From: a virus
Taxonomy: Duplodnaviria > Caudoviricetes
Virus record (IMG/VR): IMGVR_UViG_2926558313_000004
Span: 1-64,000 of that record
DNA: 64,000 nt
Direction: 5' to 3' (one strand)
Shown here: one piece after another, positions 8,728 to 19,479 of the stretch
Layout: each line of letters opens with the position of its first letter
How positions within the stretch are numbered: the first letter of the stretch is position 1
Notes under the pieces: model-generated
The model's database searches: none
Told to the model about the DNA's origin: nothing
What the model saw: the letters and a program-made list of their open reading frames with translations, nothing else
Position numbers and translations under genes: made by a program

Positions 8728-11700
8728 TTACCTCAGCACTTCCCATTCTGATAAATACTGTTCCTTTTCATCTAATACTGTCCACTGCCCATCTACTTTT
8801 CTTCTCTTATTTCTTTCAGAAATTTTCTTTAAGCTTAAAATTGAGTACATACCGAACTCATTCTTCTTCATGTCAGTCTTCTTACATTTCAGTGATAATA
8901 CCACCCCGTCTTGTAAACGATATAATCTTACCACTGGTGTATATTTTGTATTTATATCAGTGACAATATAGACTGATTTAGGCGACTTATCTATGATTGT
9001 TGTTTCATAGCCGTAGTATTCAATCTCCGCCTGTATCTGCTCTTTAATGTTTAATTTTTCGTTATCCATCTTTATTTCTTCATCTCTTAGCTCTAATAAG
9101 CGTTTTTCTTTTGTTTCTTCTTTCAATTTTTTATTTTTTAATTTTTTTTCATATCTCTCGATTAAATCTAACAATTTTTTATTGCCACCAAATTCTTCAA
9201 AAAAAATTAAACTAGCCAAAATTTTTAAGTGCTTAAATGTGGCAGAAGTTTTGTTATGAGCATCATAAACTAAATCAATAAAATAATTATAATTATTTTT
9301 ACTTAAATCATATAGCTCTTCAGCCACAACTTTATTTAAAAATTTAATTGACCCAATTCCTTTATAGATTGCATTCTCCTTTTTGTTCATTGTATAATCG
9401 GATTTTGATTTGCCATACTTTATTGGCTTTAAGGCAATCCCTCTTTGCTTTGCATATTGGATAATGTCTGAAGTTTTTTCTTGATCGTCAAAGTTAATGT
9501 TCATCATCTCGGTCAAAAATTCCAACGGATAGTAGTGACGGAGATAAGCACAAATATATCCTAAATAGCTATAAGGTTTAGAGTGATTTAAGCTAAATCC
9601 GTAATCACTAGCATTTTTTATAACTTTTATAAAATAATCTAAAATCTGCTCTGCTTCTTCATTTTTGAGATCATAATTTTCCTTCATACTTCTAACGAAC
9701 CCTTCTCTGATATTAGGAAGGAATTCTTCGGTTCCACTTTTCTTCGCTAATCCTCGTCTTACTGAATCGGAATCTGCAGGGTGAAATCCACAAAACTCAG
9801 TCAGCCATTGCATAATTTGTTCTTGATAGACAAGATATCCTAATGTATCGCTTAAAAACCGATTTAGAGCTTCGTGTCCATTATCATGAAAAATACCCTT
9901 TGCCAAATCATCTCTATAAGAAGCTCCTGATGGTCTAATTGCTCCATTTCCAACTGATAATAAATCAATCATACTTATATTGTAATCATTATTTTTTATG
10001 ATTTTTAATGTGTCTTTACTAAACAATCTTTCTATGTATGATTTAGCAGTAGCCGACTCCCATTGAAAAACTCCTAATGTACTTTCTCTGAGTGATTCCC
10101 AGACCTTCATGTCATCCTCATCTATATTATCCGGCGTCAATCTTTCTATGTTCGCTGATATACATGTATTATTTATAATTTCAATATTATCTAATCCCAA
10201 GATGTCAAGTTTGACGTAGTTTAAACTATCCAGTTCTTTCATATTTAATTGACTAACAGCATATTTACTTTCCTTCGTATAGCAAAGACCTATATTTTCA
10301 CTCAATTCGATTGGCGAGACTAAGAATCCCGAAGGATGAGATCCTATGCTCACAACAGTTCCGCTTAAAAGATCGACATACTTAAACAATTCTTCATACT
10401 TATCTCTGACGCTTTGATCGATATTTCCTTTTAAATCAACTTTTTTTGCTATCTCATCAACTTCAGAAAGAGGCATTTGCAAAGCCCTTCCGACTTCTCT
10501 GATCGCACCTTTTAAAGCAATTGTATTAAAAGTTATAATTTCACTAAAATAAACACCTTCTAAGTTTGCAACATAGTCAATAACTTCCTTTCTCCTCGAA
10601 GGAGGAAAGTCTATATCAATATCTGCAAGAGATACTCGATTAGGATTTAAAAACCGGAAGAAGTTTAATTTATGTTTTACGGAATCCATTTCTGTTATAC
10701 CTAATAAATATGCTATATAGCTTCCATTTACGCTACCTCTTCCGTATCCATGATAAATTCCATTCTCCTCACACCAATCAATAATGTTTTTTTGCAACAA
10801 CATATAGTCAATAGTGTTTAATTTTTTATATACTGGAAATTCTTCTTTTACAGCCTGAACTCTTTTTTCTTTTTCTTTTTTTGGGAGACTATTAATTCCT
10901 CTTTTTTCTATTCCTTCTTTAATTTTTTCTTTAAATATTTCTATCGGATTATCGTATAATTTTGGATATTTTGCACTTTTATCTAAGCTAAACTCTTCTA
11001 CCTTTTCTGCTAGAATATTTGTATTATTAATAGCTTCAAGATAAGCTTCTTTGGGAATTGCTGCTTGTTTTTTAAACATGTCAACTAACTCTTCATAAGA
11101 TTTAAAAGTTAAATCAAATAAGTCCTCGTCACCGTAAGAAGCCCCCTTAGCTTTCATCAATATTTTTCTAGCTTCTTGATGCTCCTTATTTAATGCATGA
11201 GTATCTGTTCCAGCAATTAATGGAACTCCTGACTCTTTTGAAAAATCATAAAGCCATTTATTAAATTCAATCTGTTCAGGATGATCGTGATATTGAATTT
11301 CTAAAAAAGCTCTATGTTTATTTTTCTCAAAAAAATCTTGAAACAATTTAATTTTTTCTTTATCACCCTTTTTTATATATCTCCAAAAGGGCGATGCTAA
11401 ACATGCACTTGTCATCAAAATATTATCGCTTGTACTAAAAAGCTCTTCGAATGTAATTCTTGGATTGTAATAAAAATGACCATCCTCACGATTAAACGAT
11501 TTAGAAGTTAACTTGTTTAACTCCTTAACTCCATCGAAGTTTTTTGCTAGTAGCATAAAATGAAAGTTATCCCTAATTAATCCTTTTTCTTTGTCATTAT
11601 GCTCTGTTAGATAAACTTCATTTGCATGAATGTATTTCATCCCTCTTTTTTCTATTGCTTCTTTTTTCTTTAGCCAGTTAAAGATATTACCATGTTCCGA

Positions 11701-11844
11701 AAAAGCAATAGCCTTCATTTCATACCTTTCAGCTAAATCTAAATAAGCTTCATAGCTTGTTGAACTATCTGCACCTGTACCTGCAGTCGGATTACTTAAC
11801 ATTGTATGTAAATGATATATTACAAGATTATCCATTTTTATCAC
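8728..11844 (-). CDS. dnaE: DNA polymerase III alpha subunit (SPbeta YorL-like)
   Basis: PHP domain (HLHT, SEHGN, GTDTH), GRGS, ADIDIDF, KLDILGL, YGFSLNHS. Confidence 0.95.
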   Translation of the reverse strand: MIKMDNLVIYHLHTMLSNPTAGTGADSSTSYEAYLDLAERYEMKAIAFSEHGNIFNWLKKKEAIEKRGMKYIHANEVYLTEHNDKEKGLIRDNFHFMLLAKNFDGVKELNKLTSKSFNREDGHFYYNPRITFEELFSTSDNILMTSACLASPFWRYIKKGDKEKIKLFQDFFEKNKHRAFLEIQYHDHPEQIEFNKWLYDFSKESGVPLIAGTDTHALNKEHQEARKILMKAKGASYGDEDLFDLTFKSYEELVDMFKKQAAIPKEAYLEAINNTNILAEKVEEFSLDKSAKYPKLYDNPIEIFKEKIKEGIEKRGINSLPKKEKEKRVQAVKEEFPVYKKLNTIDYMLLQKNIIDWCEENGIYHGYGRGSVNGSYIAYLLGITEMDSVKHKLNFFRFLNPNRVSLADIDIDFPPSRRKEVIDYVANLEGVYFSEIITFNTIALKGAIREVGRALQMPLSEVDEIAKKVDLKGNIDQSVRDKYEELFKYVDLLSGTVVSIGSHPSGFLVSPIELSENIGLCYTKESKYAVSQLNMKELDSLNYVKLDILGLDNIEIINNTCISANIERLTPDNIDEDDMKVWESLRESTLGVFQWESATAKSYIERLFSKDTLKIIKNNDYNISMIDLLSVGNGAIRPSGASYRDDLAKGIFHDNGHEALNRFLSDTLGYLVYQEQIMQWLTEFCGFHPADSDSVRRGLAKKSGTEEFLPNIREGFVRSMKENYDLKNEEAEQILDYFIKVIKNASDYGFSLNHSKPYSYLGYICAYLRHYYPLEFLTEMMNINFDDQEKTSDIIQYAKQRGIALKPIKYGKSKSDYTMNKKENAIYKGIGSIKFLNKVVAEELYDLSKNNYNYFIDLVYDAHNKTSATFKHLKILASLIFFEEFGGNKKLLDLIERYEKKLKNKKLKEETKEKRLLELRDEEIKMDNEKLNIKEQIQAEIEYYGYETTIIDKSPKSVYIVTDINTKYTPVVRLYRLQDGVVLSLKCKKTDMKKNEFGMYSILSLKKISERNKRRKVDGQWTVLDEKEQYLSEWEVLR

Positions 11845-11854
11845 CTACCTTATT

Positions 11855-12967
11855 TTATAGTCCCAACAGTTCATTTAAATCATTTAAGTCGATCTCTGCC
11901 ACCTCTTCCTCTTCTTTATTTTTATTTAAATAATCTTTATAGTAATTACAATGCTTCTTTACGCCACATAAAACATTGCAGTAATACTCTTCAGATTTTT
12001 CAATTTCTCCTCGGCTCCAATTTTCTCTTTCTTTTCCTTTATCTAGTATTTGTTTAACTAGATCAGTTAAATCACTAATCATATTACTAATAGTTTGCTC
12101 ATTAACATCGACTTCTACATATGAATCGCTTAAAGTATATTTGTCAGCTATTTCCGAATGAATACCCTCTAAAGAATTTTGTTCAATTAAATCTTCAACT
12201 CTCAATTGAGCCTGCCAATCCTCAAGACATTCAAATTGAATCAGATCTTTTTTTAATGGGGTTTTTATTTTTTCAACCCATTTATGCCTTTCTCCAGTGG
12301 TTGTTTTTGTTTTCCCGTTTTTTAATTTATAAGATATATCAACATATTTAAGAAATCCCCATCTACATTTAATCTTATGCAAAGGAATACCTGCAGCTTG
12401 ATGTAGCCCATAAGCATATAATAATAATTGATTTTGATTTTCTTCCACTTTTTTAGTTGAATATTTGGTTGATGTTTTATAATCAGTTATAATGATATTT
12501 CCTTCATCATCTTTATGTATAGCATCGACATAACCCATGAATACATGACCATTTAAATCAATCCATAATTCTTTTTCTGTTGCAACTTTTTCAGCCATTT
12601 TTTTATGTGTTCGTAGAAAGTGGCTTATGCATTTTTTATATTTATCACTCATAGAATCATGCTTTTTCTGATCACTACTAAATTTAAAATCTGATATTTC
12701 GATATTTAAAAAATCACTTTCGAACTTAGGGAGCATGTCTTTAAAGTCAATTCTATTATTATAGAAATCTTCTAAGATGTCATGAACCACTGTTCCACAT
12801 AAAGAATAGATATTATCTTCCTGTCTAACTTTCTCTATTCTTTCTAAATAATAACTATGAACACAATTATTTAAAGTATTCACCTTGCTAAAACTCCATA
12901 TTGGAAATTTATCACCATATTTCTTTTTAAACCTTTGCGGAATAACTCTCCTTTTTCTCTCTGACAA
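11855..12967 (-). CDS. PD-(D/E)xK nuclease (RecB/AddB/Cas4-like)
   Basis: WSFSK..C, GTVVHDILE, GYVDAI...DYKT, QLLLYA and C-terminal Cys cluster. Confidence 0.85.
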   Translation of the reverse strand: MSERKRRVIPQRFKKKYGDKFPIWSFSKVNTLNNCVHSYYLERIEKVRQEDNIYSLCGTVVHDILEDFYNNRIDFKDMLPKFESDFLNIEISDFKFSSDQKKHDSMSDKYKKCISHFLRTHKKMAEKVATEKELWIDLNGHVFMGYVDAIHKDDEGNIIITDYKTSTKYSTKKVEENQNQLLLYAYGLHQAAGIPLHKIKCRWGFLKYVDISYKLKNGKTKTTTGERHKWVEKIKTPLKKDLIQFECLEDWQAQLRVEDLIEQNSLEGIHSEIADKYTLSDSYVEVDVNEQTISNMISDLTDLVKQILDKGKERENWSRGEIEKSEEYYCNVLCGVKKHCNYYKDYLNKNKEEEEVAEIDLNDLNELLGL

Positions 12968-12979
12968 ATTACCACCTGC

Positions 12980-14008
12980 CTACATATATAATTTACGATT
13001 TCTTAGTAAAAAATGAAATTTTTTATATCCTCGATCAACTATAGCGTCTTTATCCTTTAATAACTCCCATTCATCTTCTGTGTAAGATACTCTCGAATAT
13101 AGAGAAAGCTCTGCGCATGTTTTTAGAATATGATCTTTATCAACATCTTTATCGAAGCATATAATGATTTCTACTCCTAATGATATTAACAATTTCTTTT
13201 GAAAGTCAGATAAGTCATGACTGCCAACAGAAACACTACAGGGAACCTTGAACATATCAGCCTTGATTGTGCTTTTTTCAGCTTCTTGAACTAGTACAAA
13301 ACCTTTATTTTTTATATATTCAATGTTATGACTAAACCCATATAGATTTTTGTTTTTCTCATACTTGATACCTTGCATTGAAAAATACTTTGGAATCTTT
13401 AATGAATCATACGATGGTATGACTGTTCTTCCAATTAGACCGACTATTTTATTTTTATCTTCATAGCTAAAATGAGGAAAAATTATTCTATGTGTATACG
13501 GATCAAATCTAACCTCATACTTCTTGAGAACATTTAGATCAATAATTCCGTCTTTTTTAATCAAGTCAATATGTGGGTATTTTGAATAAATATCTAATGA
13601 TTCTAATGTTAGATAGTCTTGGATGGCATAATTAGGTTTTACTACTTTTCTTTTCATACCTTTGAAAAAGGATAAATAATCTTCGGTGCTTTTATATTTT
13701 TTTTGCTTTGTTATTCCTAGTACCCCTAACAATTTTGTATACGCCCTATTAAAATCAGTTCCCTCAATAAATGAAATCAGATCAATAATACTGCCATAGA
13801 CTGTCTCTCCCTTGGTGAATATTCTGACCGACAAATTTTCATTTAAAAATATCGAGACTTTTGTTCTGTCTTCGTCTTCTGGCAAGGCACATCTGATTTC
13901 ATTAGTTCCGTAATTGAAGCTATGAAATTCAAATTTTTCAAGTGTACTTTCAACTAAATCATTTTCAAATATGTATTTCTTCAGACTATTTGCATCCATT
14001 GTATACAC
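12980..14008 (-). CDS. dnaG: DNA primase (TOPRIM; SPbeta YorJ-like)
   Basis: RIIFP, GRT, LYG, EAEKS, IIICFDKD; adjacent to the helicase. Confidence 0.85.
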   Translation of the reverse strand: MYTMDANSLKKYIFENDLVESTLEKFEFHSFNYGTNEIRCALPEDEDRTKVSIFLNENLSVRIFTKGETVYGSIIDLISFIEGTDFNRAYTKLLGVLGITKQKKYKSTEDYLSFFKGMKRKVVKPNYAIQDYLTLESLDIYSKYPHIDLIKKDGIIDLNVLKKYEVRFDPYTHRIIFPHFSYEDKNKIVGLIGRTVIPSYDSLKIPKYFSMQGIKYEKNKNLYGFSHNIEYIKNKGFVLVQEAEKSTIKADMFKVPCSVSVGSHDLSDFQKKLLISLGVEIIICFDKDVDKDHILKTCAELSLYSRVSYTEDEWELLKDKDAIVDRGYKKFHFLLRNRKLYM

Positions 14009-14012
14009 CTAC

Positions 14013-15509
14013 TTATGTATCAAAAGGTATATCAGTAATTCCCACTTCTTTATAAACTAAATGACTTAAATCTTGCTCAGCTACAATTTGATAGGATTGT
14101 GATTCACCGTTTCTGTTTTTTTCTAAGAATAGAATTACATACTTTTTATTTGGATTTAGCTCTATTGGCTTCCCTGATTTCAAACTACCTCCAATTGGCT
14201 GAATTACTTTAATTTCATTTTTTTCTCCGGCGTACTCATCATTACGAACTCTTCTCATAAGTATTGTTACAGAAGCAGTATCAAGTACATTCTTACCAAG
14301 ACCAATATTATCGCCAGTCAAATATCTCTTTAAAACACTTCCCTTTTGAAGCTGAAGAGTCATCCATAAATTCACATTTAGGTTAGATGGCTTAACAAGA
14401 TCATCAAATTTACGAACATCCTCCTGCAAAGAAAGCCAAGTCTGTTCATTGTCATTCCTGTCTGATGATAGTTTAAAAGTATCTAAGATAAATTTCTTAA
14501 CACCTAGAGAAGAATATTTTCTAATCACTCTCTCTGCTTGCTTACGACTATATGACTTAAAATGAATCAATATGATTTTATTATTCTTCATTTTTTCTTG
14601 TAGATACTCTTTTGCTTGATTTAAAAGAGATCTTTCTTCTTCGGTAAAGCCACCTGTTCTCCATCTCTTTTTTGCAAACATTTTTTCGTCATTCTGAACT
14701 AATTTGTTATTGATTATATATGTAAGCAATTCTCTTTTCCAAAGCTTTTCATCCTGTTCATTTAGCATAACTACTAAAGGCTCTTCCTCTTCAAAACAAG
14801 CAGCTAAGAGAAGTTGAATTGTAATTGTAGTCTTCCCTGTTCCAGATAATCCACCAAACAAGATAATTTGTCCATCAATTACACCACCAATTTCCGAACT
14901 TAAAATTTTGCTCGGTATTGGCATTCCTACATTTACTCCTTTATCTGCTTCGTCAATAACTTCGTCAAGACCATCTTGGATTTCGAATGACTCGATGCCA
15001 TCGTCTGAATTAATAAAGATATTGTTTATATGAGCCATAACAAAATCATAAAGTTCGTTTGAGTTTAAATCGGAAAATTGATTTAAATCATTTACGTCAT
15101 CAAGATAAACTTTATCAATTATGTCATAAAGAGCAGACCACTTCTTTAATTCACCAATGTATGACTCGGCATTATCAACAGTAACAAAAAATTCTAGCTT
15201 TTCAATAGTATTATATTCACCAAATTCAACGTATTTTTCGAGTGATTTTTTACTATCTTTCAATAAGGTTTTTATTGCAACGTCATCAATCTCTTTTATA
15301 TTCTTGTTTGCCAGTTTCTTTCCAATATCAAAATAAAATTGCCAAACTTGATTTTTGAAGGTGTGGCGAGTCATATCGGAATAATCAAAATAGAGATTTA
15401 TATTCTTCCAAAAGCAACCAACTACATTTGCTTCAATTGGCTTCATCTTATTCTTAATTTCAAGCTTTAATCTATCCTTGTCAGAGATATTCTCGACATT
15501 CAATCGCAC
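14013..15509 (-). CDS. dnaB: replicative DnaB-like helicase (SPbeta YorI-like)
   Basis: GGLSGTGKT Walker A, ILDTFK, TLQL, EKNRNG. Confidence 0.88.
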   Translation of the reverse strand: MRLNVENISDKDRLKLEIKNKMKPIEANVVGCFWKNINLYFDYSDMTRHTFKNQVWQFYFDIGKKLANKNIKEIDDVAIKTLLKDSKKSLEKYVEFGEYNTIEKLEFFVTVDNAESYIGELKKWSALYDIIDKVYLDDVNDLNQFSDLNSNELYDFVMAHINNIFINSDDGIESFEIQDGLDEVIDEADKGVNVGMPIPSKILSSEIGGVIDGQIILFGGLSGTGKTTITIQLLLAACFEEEEPLVVMLNEQDEKLWKRELLTYIINNKLVQNDEKMFAKKRWRTGGFTEEERSLLNQAKEYLQEKMKNNKIILIHFKSYSRKQAERVIRKYSSLGVKKFILDTFKLSSDRNDNEQTWLSLQEDVRKFDDLVKPSNLNVNLWMTLQLQKGSVLKRYLTGDNIGLGKNVLDTASVTILMRRVRNDEYAGEKNEIKVIQPIGGSLKSGKPIELNPNKKYVILFLEKNRNGESQSYQIVAEQDLSHLVYKEVGITDIPFDT

Positions 15510-15523
15510 TCATTATCATCCCC

Positions 15524-16138
15524 CTACCAAATATCACGAAGCTTATTAGCAACTTTATTATCATTAATTTTATTTCTTTTATAATTCTTTTCATCGCTAA
15601 AGTCTAAGTTAATTTCATTAAGTCGTTTATCACTGCTTTTCTTAGCTTCAATTCTCTCCAAAATATCATTGATATTGTTAATAATGACAACCATTATATA
15701 ATCTATTTTATGGGTATCATTTTTAAATTTACTTTTATCTTTAATCCCTCTGATAATATCAAACTTTTTAGCTTTAAAAGTTTTTAGTATGATCTCATAA
15801 GAATATCCACTTTCATTTCCATAAACCTTGCTATTCCTTGAGACTCCATATTCTTGTCCTGATTTCAATGCCTGTATCCGTCTAACTAAATGAGTAGGAA
15901 CCCTTTGATTGCTCTTATATTGAAGAATTTCTTCTTTGACATATTGACAAATTCGATCCAGTTCTTCTTTTTCTTTTCGATTATTCAGAAACTCATTATA
16001 GCAATCGTCATGAAAATATTTATTTATAATCTTACCGTCTTTATTAATAATAGAATCTTTTTTTGATTCAATTTTTAGTACAGGATTTTTACACTGGAAA
16101 CAAGTATAGTGATCTTTACTTTTTCTCAAATCTATCAC
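15524..16138 (-). CDS. replication-associated protein (SPbeta YorH-like)
   Basis: CxxC...HxxC zinc motif; position in the replication operon. Confidence 0.55.
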   Translation of the reverse strand: MIDLRKSKDHYTCFQCKNPVLKIESKKDSIINKDGKIINKYFHDDCYNEFLNNRKEKEELDRICQYVKEEILQYKSNQRVPTHLVRRIQALKSGQEYGVSRNSKVYGNESGYSYEIILKTFKAKKFDIIRGIKDKSKFKNDTHKIDYIMVVIINNINDILERIEAKKSSDKRLNEINLDFSDEKNYKRNKINDNKVANKLRDIW

Positions 16139-16145
16139 CTTTTAA

Positions 16146-16176
16146 AATAGGTGGGAGTTTAATCCCACCTATTAAA
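16146..16176. terminator. Intrinsic terminator
   Basis: AATAGGTGGGA-gtttaa-TCCCACCTATT hairpin downstream of the AAA gene. Confidence 0.7.
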
Positions 16177-16183
16177 TTTAACA

Positions 16184-17152
16184 TTAAGCCAATCCTTTAA
16201 TAAATTCGATTACTTCTTTAAGCTCAGTAGTTTTCGTAGGATCTGTGTATTTGACTACACCTTTCTCCTTCATAACGTTTGCAATTACTTCTTTATTCGA
16301 AGAATCTTTTTTAGTCGCTTCGGCAAATAGAGTTTTAAATTCTGCTACTACTTGATCATGAGACTCCTGCTCTTGTTCCATTGAATTAATATTTGATTCG
16401 ACTTGCTTATCATACTTTGTCTCAAGAGTCTTGCCTTTATTATTTTTTTCAATATAATCCTTGAAAAGTTCATATGTAGCATTTTCAATTTTCGTTCCGA
16501 TTTTATGCGTTTTTGTAGTATCTTTCTCTACTTCTACATAAAATTTATATTCATTAGTTGCAATATCTTTTTCTTTAAAGAAACGTAACACTACATCAAA
16601 GGTATGTTCTGCATTCTTCCTAAGCGAAGGTTTTTCACCAATTTTAACCTGCTTACCATTTACTTCTTTGTTGATGTCATCTTTATGGGCTACAGCGATA
16701 ACTGTAATGCCTTTAGCCGATGCTTGAGCAATATATCCATCAAAACGGATAGTGTTTAATTTAACCTTACCCCATCCTCGCTGCGAAACTGTAGCATCAT
16801 CAACATTTCCACCTTTTTTTCTTGCACGATTCTCTTCATTCTCCATAGCTGCAACTTGCATCCCGTTATAAATATTGGTATATGAATCAATAGTAAATGT
16901 TTTATATGTATCAGGGTTGCTAACTACATCCTCAGCTAGATTAAGTGTTTCGAAGTAGTCTGATGTATCAGCGATACCAGCAATATTATCTTTATATTCT
17001 GGATCGTTTTCATAAACCCCAATTTTTGATTCAGAATCAATAATCCCGTTACTAGGAAATGATAAAGCAAATAAAGATTTACCTGCATTATTTTCGCCAT
17101 AGGCTAAAATTTTTAATCCTTGCTTTCGTTCTTCTGGTTTTCTAAATCCCAT
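16184..17152 (-). CDS. AAA_24/Sak4-like ATPase (SPbeta YorG-like)
   Basis: YGENNAGKS Walker A, IDS, AHKDD. Confidence 0.8.
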   Translation of the reverse strand: MGFRKPEERKQGLKILAYGENNAGKSLFALSFPSNGIIDSESKIGVYENDPEYKDNIAGIADTSDYFETLNLAEDVVSNPDTYKTFTIDSYTNIYNGMQVAAMENEENRARKKGGNVDDATVSQRGWGKVKLNTIRFDGYIAQASAKGITVIAVAHKDDINKEVNGKQVKIGEKPSLRKNAEHTFDVVLRFFKEKDIATNEYKFYVEVEKDTTKTHKIGTKIENATYELFKDYIEKNNKGKTLETKYDKQVESNINSMEQEQESHDQVVAEFKTLFAEATKKDSSNKEVIANVMKEKGVVKYTDPTKTTELKEVIEFIKGLA

Positions 17153-17207
17153 TAAATAACCTCCACTATGTTTATTATTTTATAATTGAGTAAGTGATAA
17201 CTTTATC

Positions 17208-18326
17208 TTAAAGATCGTCTAAAAACGTTAGATCTTCTTCTTCAACTTTAATCTCAACTTCTTCTACTTCAGGAGGCAGGCTGTTGAGGTCAGACTCTTC
17301 AAATTCGTTGTCATCCATATCTACTTTAGGTAAATCACCTTCTTCTTTTCTGATGATGACAGGACGTACAACGACCATTTCATCTACTCGATTTCGATTA
17401 GCATAAATCTTCTGAACTTCTTCTTCCGTATAAATACCATCTTCAATAAGTTCGAGTGCTTCCGGTGGCAAATCTTCCAATTTAACATTGCCTTGAGCAT
17501 ATCCAGAATTATAATAACCCTCAACCTGAATACGACGAACTTTACTTCCTTCTACCTTTAAGAATTTATCAATCATCTTTTTAATTACTTCTTTTTTATC
17601 ATCCGTTGCTCGTACAACAAGCGGTAAAACTAGAATGTTTGGCTCTTTTGATTGTGTTTCTTTATTATATTTTGTATAGTAAAGCTTTGATTTTATGTAT
17701 GCGACATTTTCTTTTTCCCATTGTGTAGTATCAACTGAATCTTTATCAAGAAGAATTTGTTGATTAAATTTAAAGCCTAATTCATGCTCCTCTTCTGCCG
17801 GAAGAACTAGAAAAGTTTTAACTGTTAAATCCTTATTTAGATTGTCATTATACTTACTAAATCGTTGTTGTCCTCTCACATAGACAATCATATCCGATTT
17901 TAAATTTTCCTTTAAGAACTCGATGGCATCATACATTGTTAGGAAGTGCTTATAATCAAAAACTTTCTTCCCATTTTCATCTTCAATTCGATCAACTGCA
18001 ACACGAATAAATGCTCTATCGTCAATATTCTTTAAAATTTCAGGGTTATGTCTATCAGCAAAACTAACTTCAAGATTATCATCAAAATTTCCATCTTTAA
18101 TTTGAGCGAAAATCTTTTTACCTTTAACTGAATCATAACCATCCATAACATTTAAAAAGAAATTGCCACCTTTACCATCATCCATTCTTAGATTCATCCG
18201 ATGGTAAATAAAGTTTTTATTATTACTCCCTTTTTGATTTAAAAAGAAAGAATCTTCTCCAACTGTAATTTTCCCTCTCAGTTCGAAATTACCATATGTC
18301 TGTCTTTTTAGATTATTTTCACTCAA
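17208..18326 (-). CDS. putative single-stranded DNA-binding protein (SPbeta YorF-like)
   Basis: beta-rich body, very acidic C-terminal tail, first gene of the replication operon. Confidence 0.6.
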   Translation of the reverse strand: MSENNLKRQTYGNFELRGKITVGEDSFFLNQKGSNNKNFIYHRMNLRMDDGKGGNFFLNVMDGYDSVKGKKIFAQIKDGNFDDNLEVSFADRHNPEILKNIDDRAFIRVAVDRIEDENGKKVFDYKHFLTMYDAIEFLKENLKSDMIVYVRGQQRFSKYNDNLNKDLTVKTFLVLPAEEEHELGFKFNQQILLDKDSVDTTQWEKENVAYIKSKLYYTKYNKETQSKEPNILVLPLVVRATDDKKEVIKKMIDKFLKVEGSKVRRIQVEGYYNSGYAQGNVKLEDLPPEALELIEDGIYTEEEVQKIYANRNRVDEMVVVRPVIIRKEEGDLPKVDMDDNEFEESDLNSLPPEVEEVEIKVEEEDLTFLDDL

Positions 18327-18455
18327 AATAACATCTCCCTTTTAATTTACAATTATTTTATATTTGTTTGTATTAGCTGTAAGATTAAAGGGGTGGTGCT
18401 CGTTCACTTTTTGTAAATTCTATTATTATCACCTTCAATATATTATAATTAAATT

Positions 18456-19175
18456 CTATTTATATATTACTTTTCCATTATCTAAAATTTCAAACGTGAA
18501 TAAATTCTTTTCCTGAAAATCTTTAAATGTATCAATAAGACCTTTTCCTATACCTACTCCATCAATAATTACTCGATCCGGTTTATAGCTTAGAATTTTC
18601 TCGGCTATATCTAGTGTTATACTTCTAAAGTTCCCATTGATAGTATAAGGTCTATTTCTAACTCCATTTTCTTCAACTAAACTGATTTTTGTAACATAGT
18701 TGGAATCGTTATTTTTTATGAAATCTACCATAAGAATTTTTACCCCAGTAACATTAGCTCTTCCTTGATCGCTATTTAAAGCCCTTATGAAGCAATGTTT
18801 CCCAACATCAGGTGGTGCTTGAGTTTTATACTGTGGACTGCTACATGATTTCTCCAAAGACTCAATCATCAAAGATAATTTTTCATATGCTACGCTCCAC
18901 ATATGATGAGACTTGAAATCCCCTTTACTCAAACTTAATTTTACATTTCTAGTGAGACTAATAATTAAATTTAACATCATTTTTTTAACTTCAAGAATAT
19001 CTTGATGAATATCTTCAGGTAAAGGTCGGCTTGACAGGATTAAATTCAAGTATCTACTAGAGGTGTCAATTAACGTTTTAAATTCTTTTTCATTTTCCAA
19101 AGATAATTGACTCACTGCTTTCTCTAAACTCGACTGTAAATGGATTTTGGTTTCATCTAATAATTCTTTATTCAT
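18456..19175 (-). CDS. hypothetical protein with terminase-RNaseH-like C-terminal segment
   Basis: DRVIIDGVGIGKGLIDTF motif. Confidence 0.45.
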   Translation of the reverse strand: MNKELLDETKIHLQSSLEKAVSQLSLENEKEFKTLIDTSSRYLNLILSSRPLPEDIHQDILEVKKMMLNLIISLTRNVKLSLSKGDFKSHHMWSVAYEKLSLMIESLEKSCSSPQYKTQAPPDVGKHCFIRALNSDQGRANVTGVKILMVDFIKNNDSNYVTKISLVEENGVRNRPYTINGNFRSITLDIAEKILSYKPDRVIIDGVGIGKGLIDTFKDFQEKNLFTFEILDNGKVIYK

Positions 19176-19479
19176 TATATTCCTCTCATTTTCACGATTG
19201 GTCGTGACCCTTTTATGTTACAAGATTAATATTTTTTACTTGACTCATTACTTAAACTTATTCATTAGAGCAGTAAAGTTATTTTTCACATTCACCGTTC
19301 TCACCCCCCTTTCATAAAATCACAATTTTATATAATTTAATTTATTTTATTTATAAAGCATGTAAATTATCAATCTATTAAGAACTATGAATATTTTTTG
19401 ATTCTAATTTCACTATCCTAGTAACTGTAGACCTAGAATGACCCTCCTTCAAGATACATATTTATTATTTCTTTTCGCC

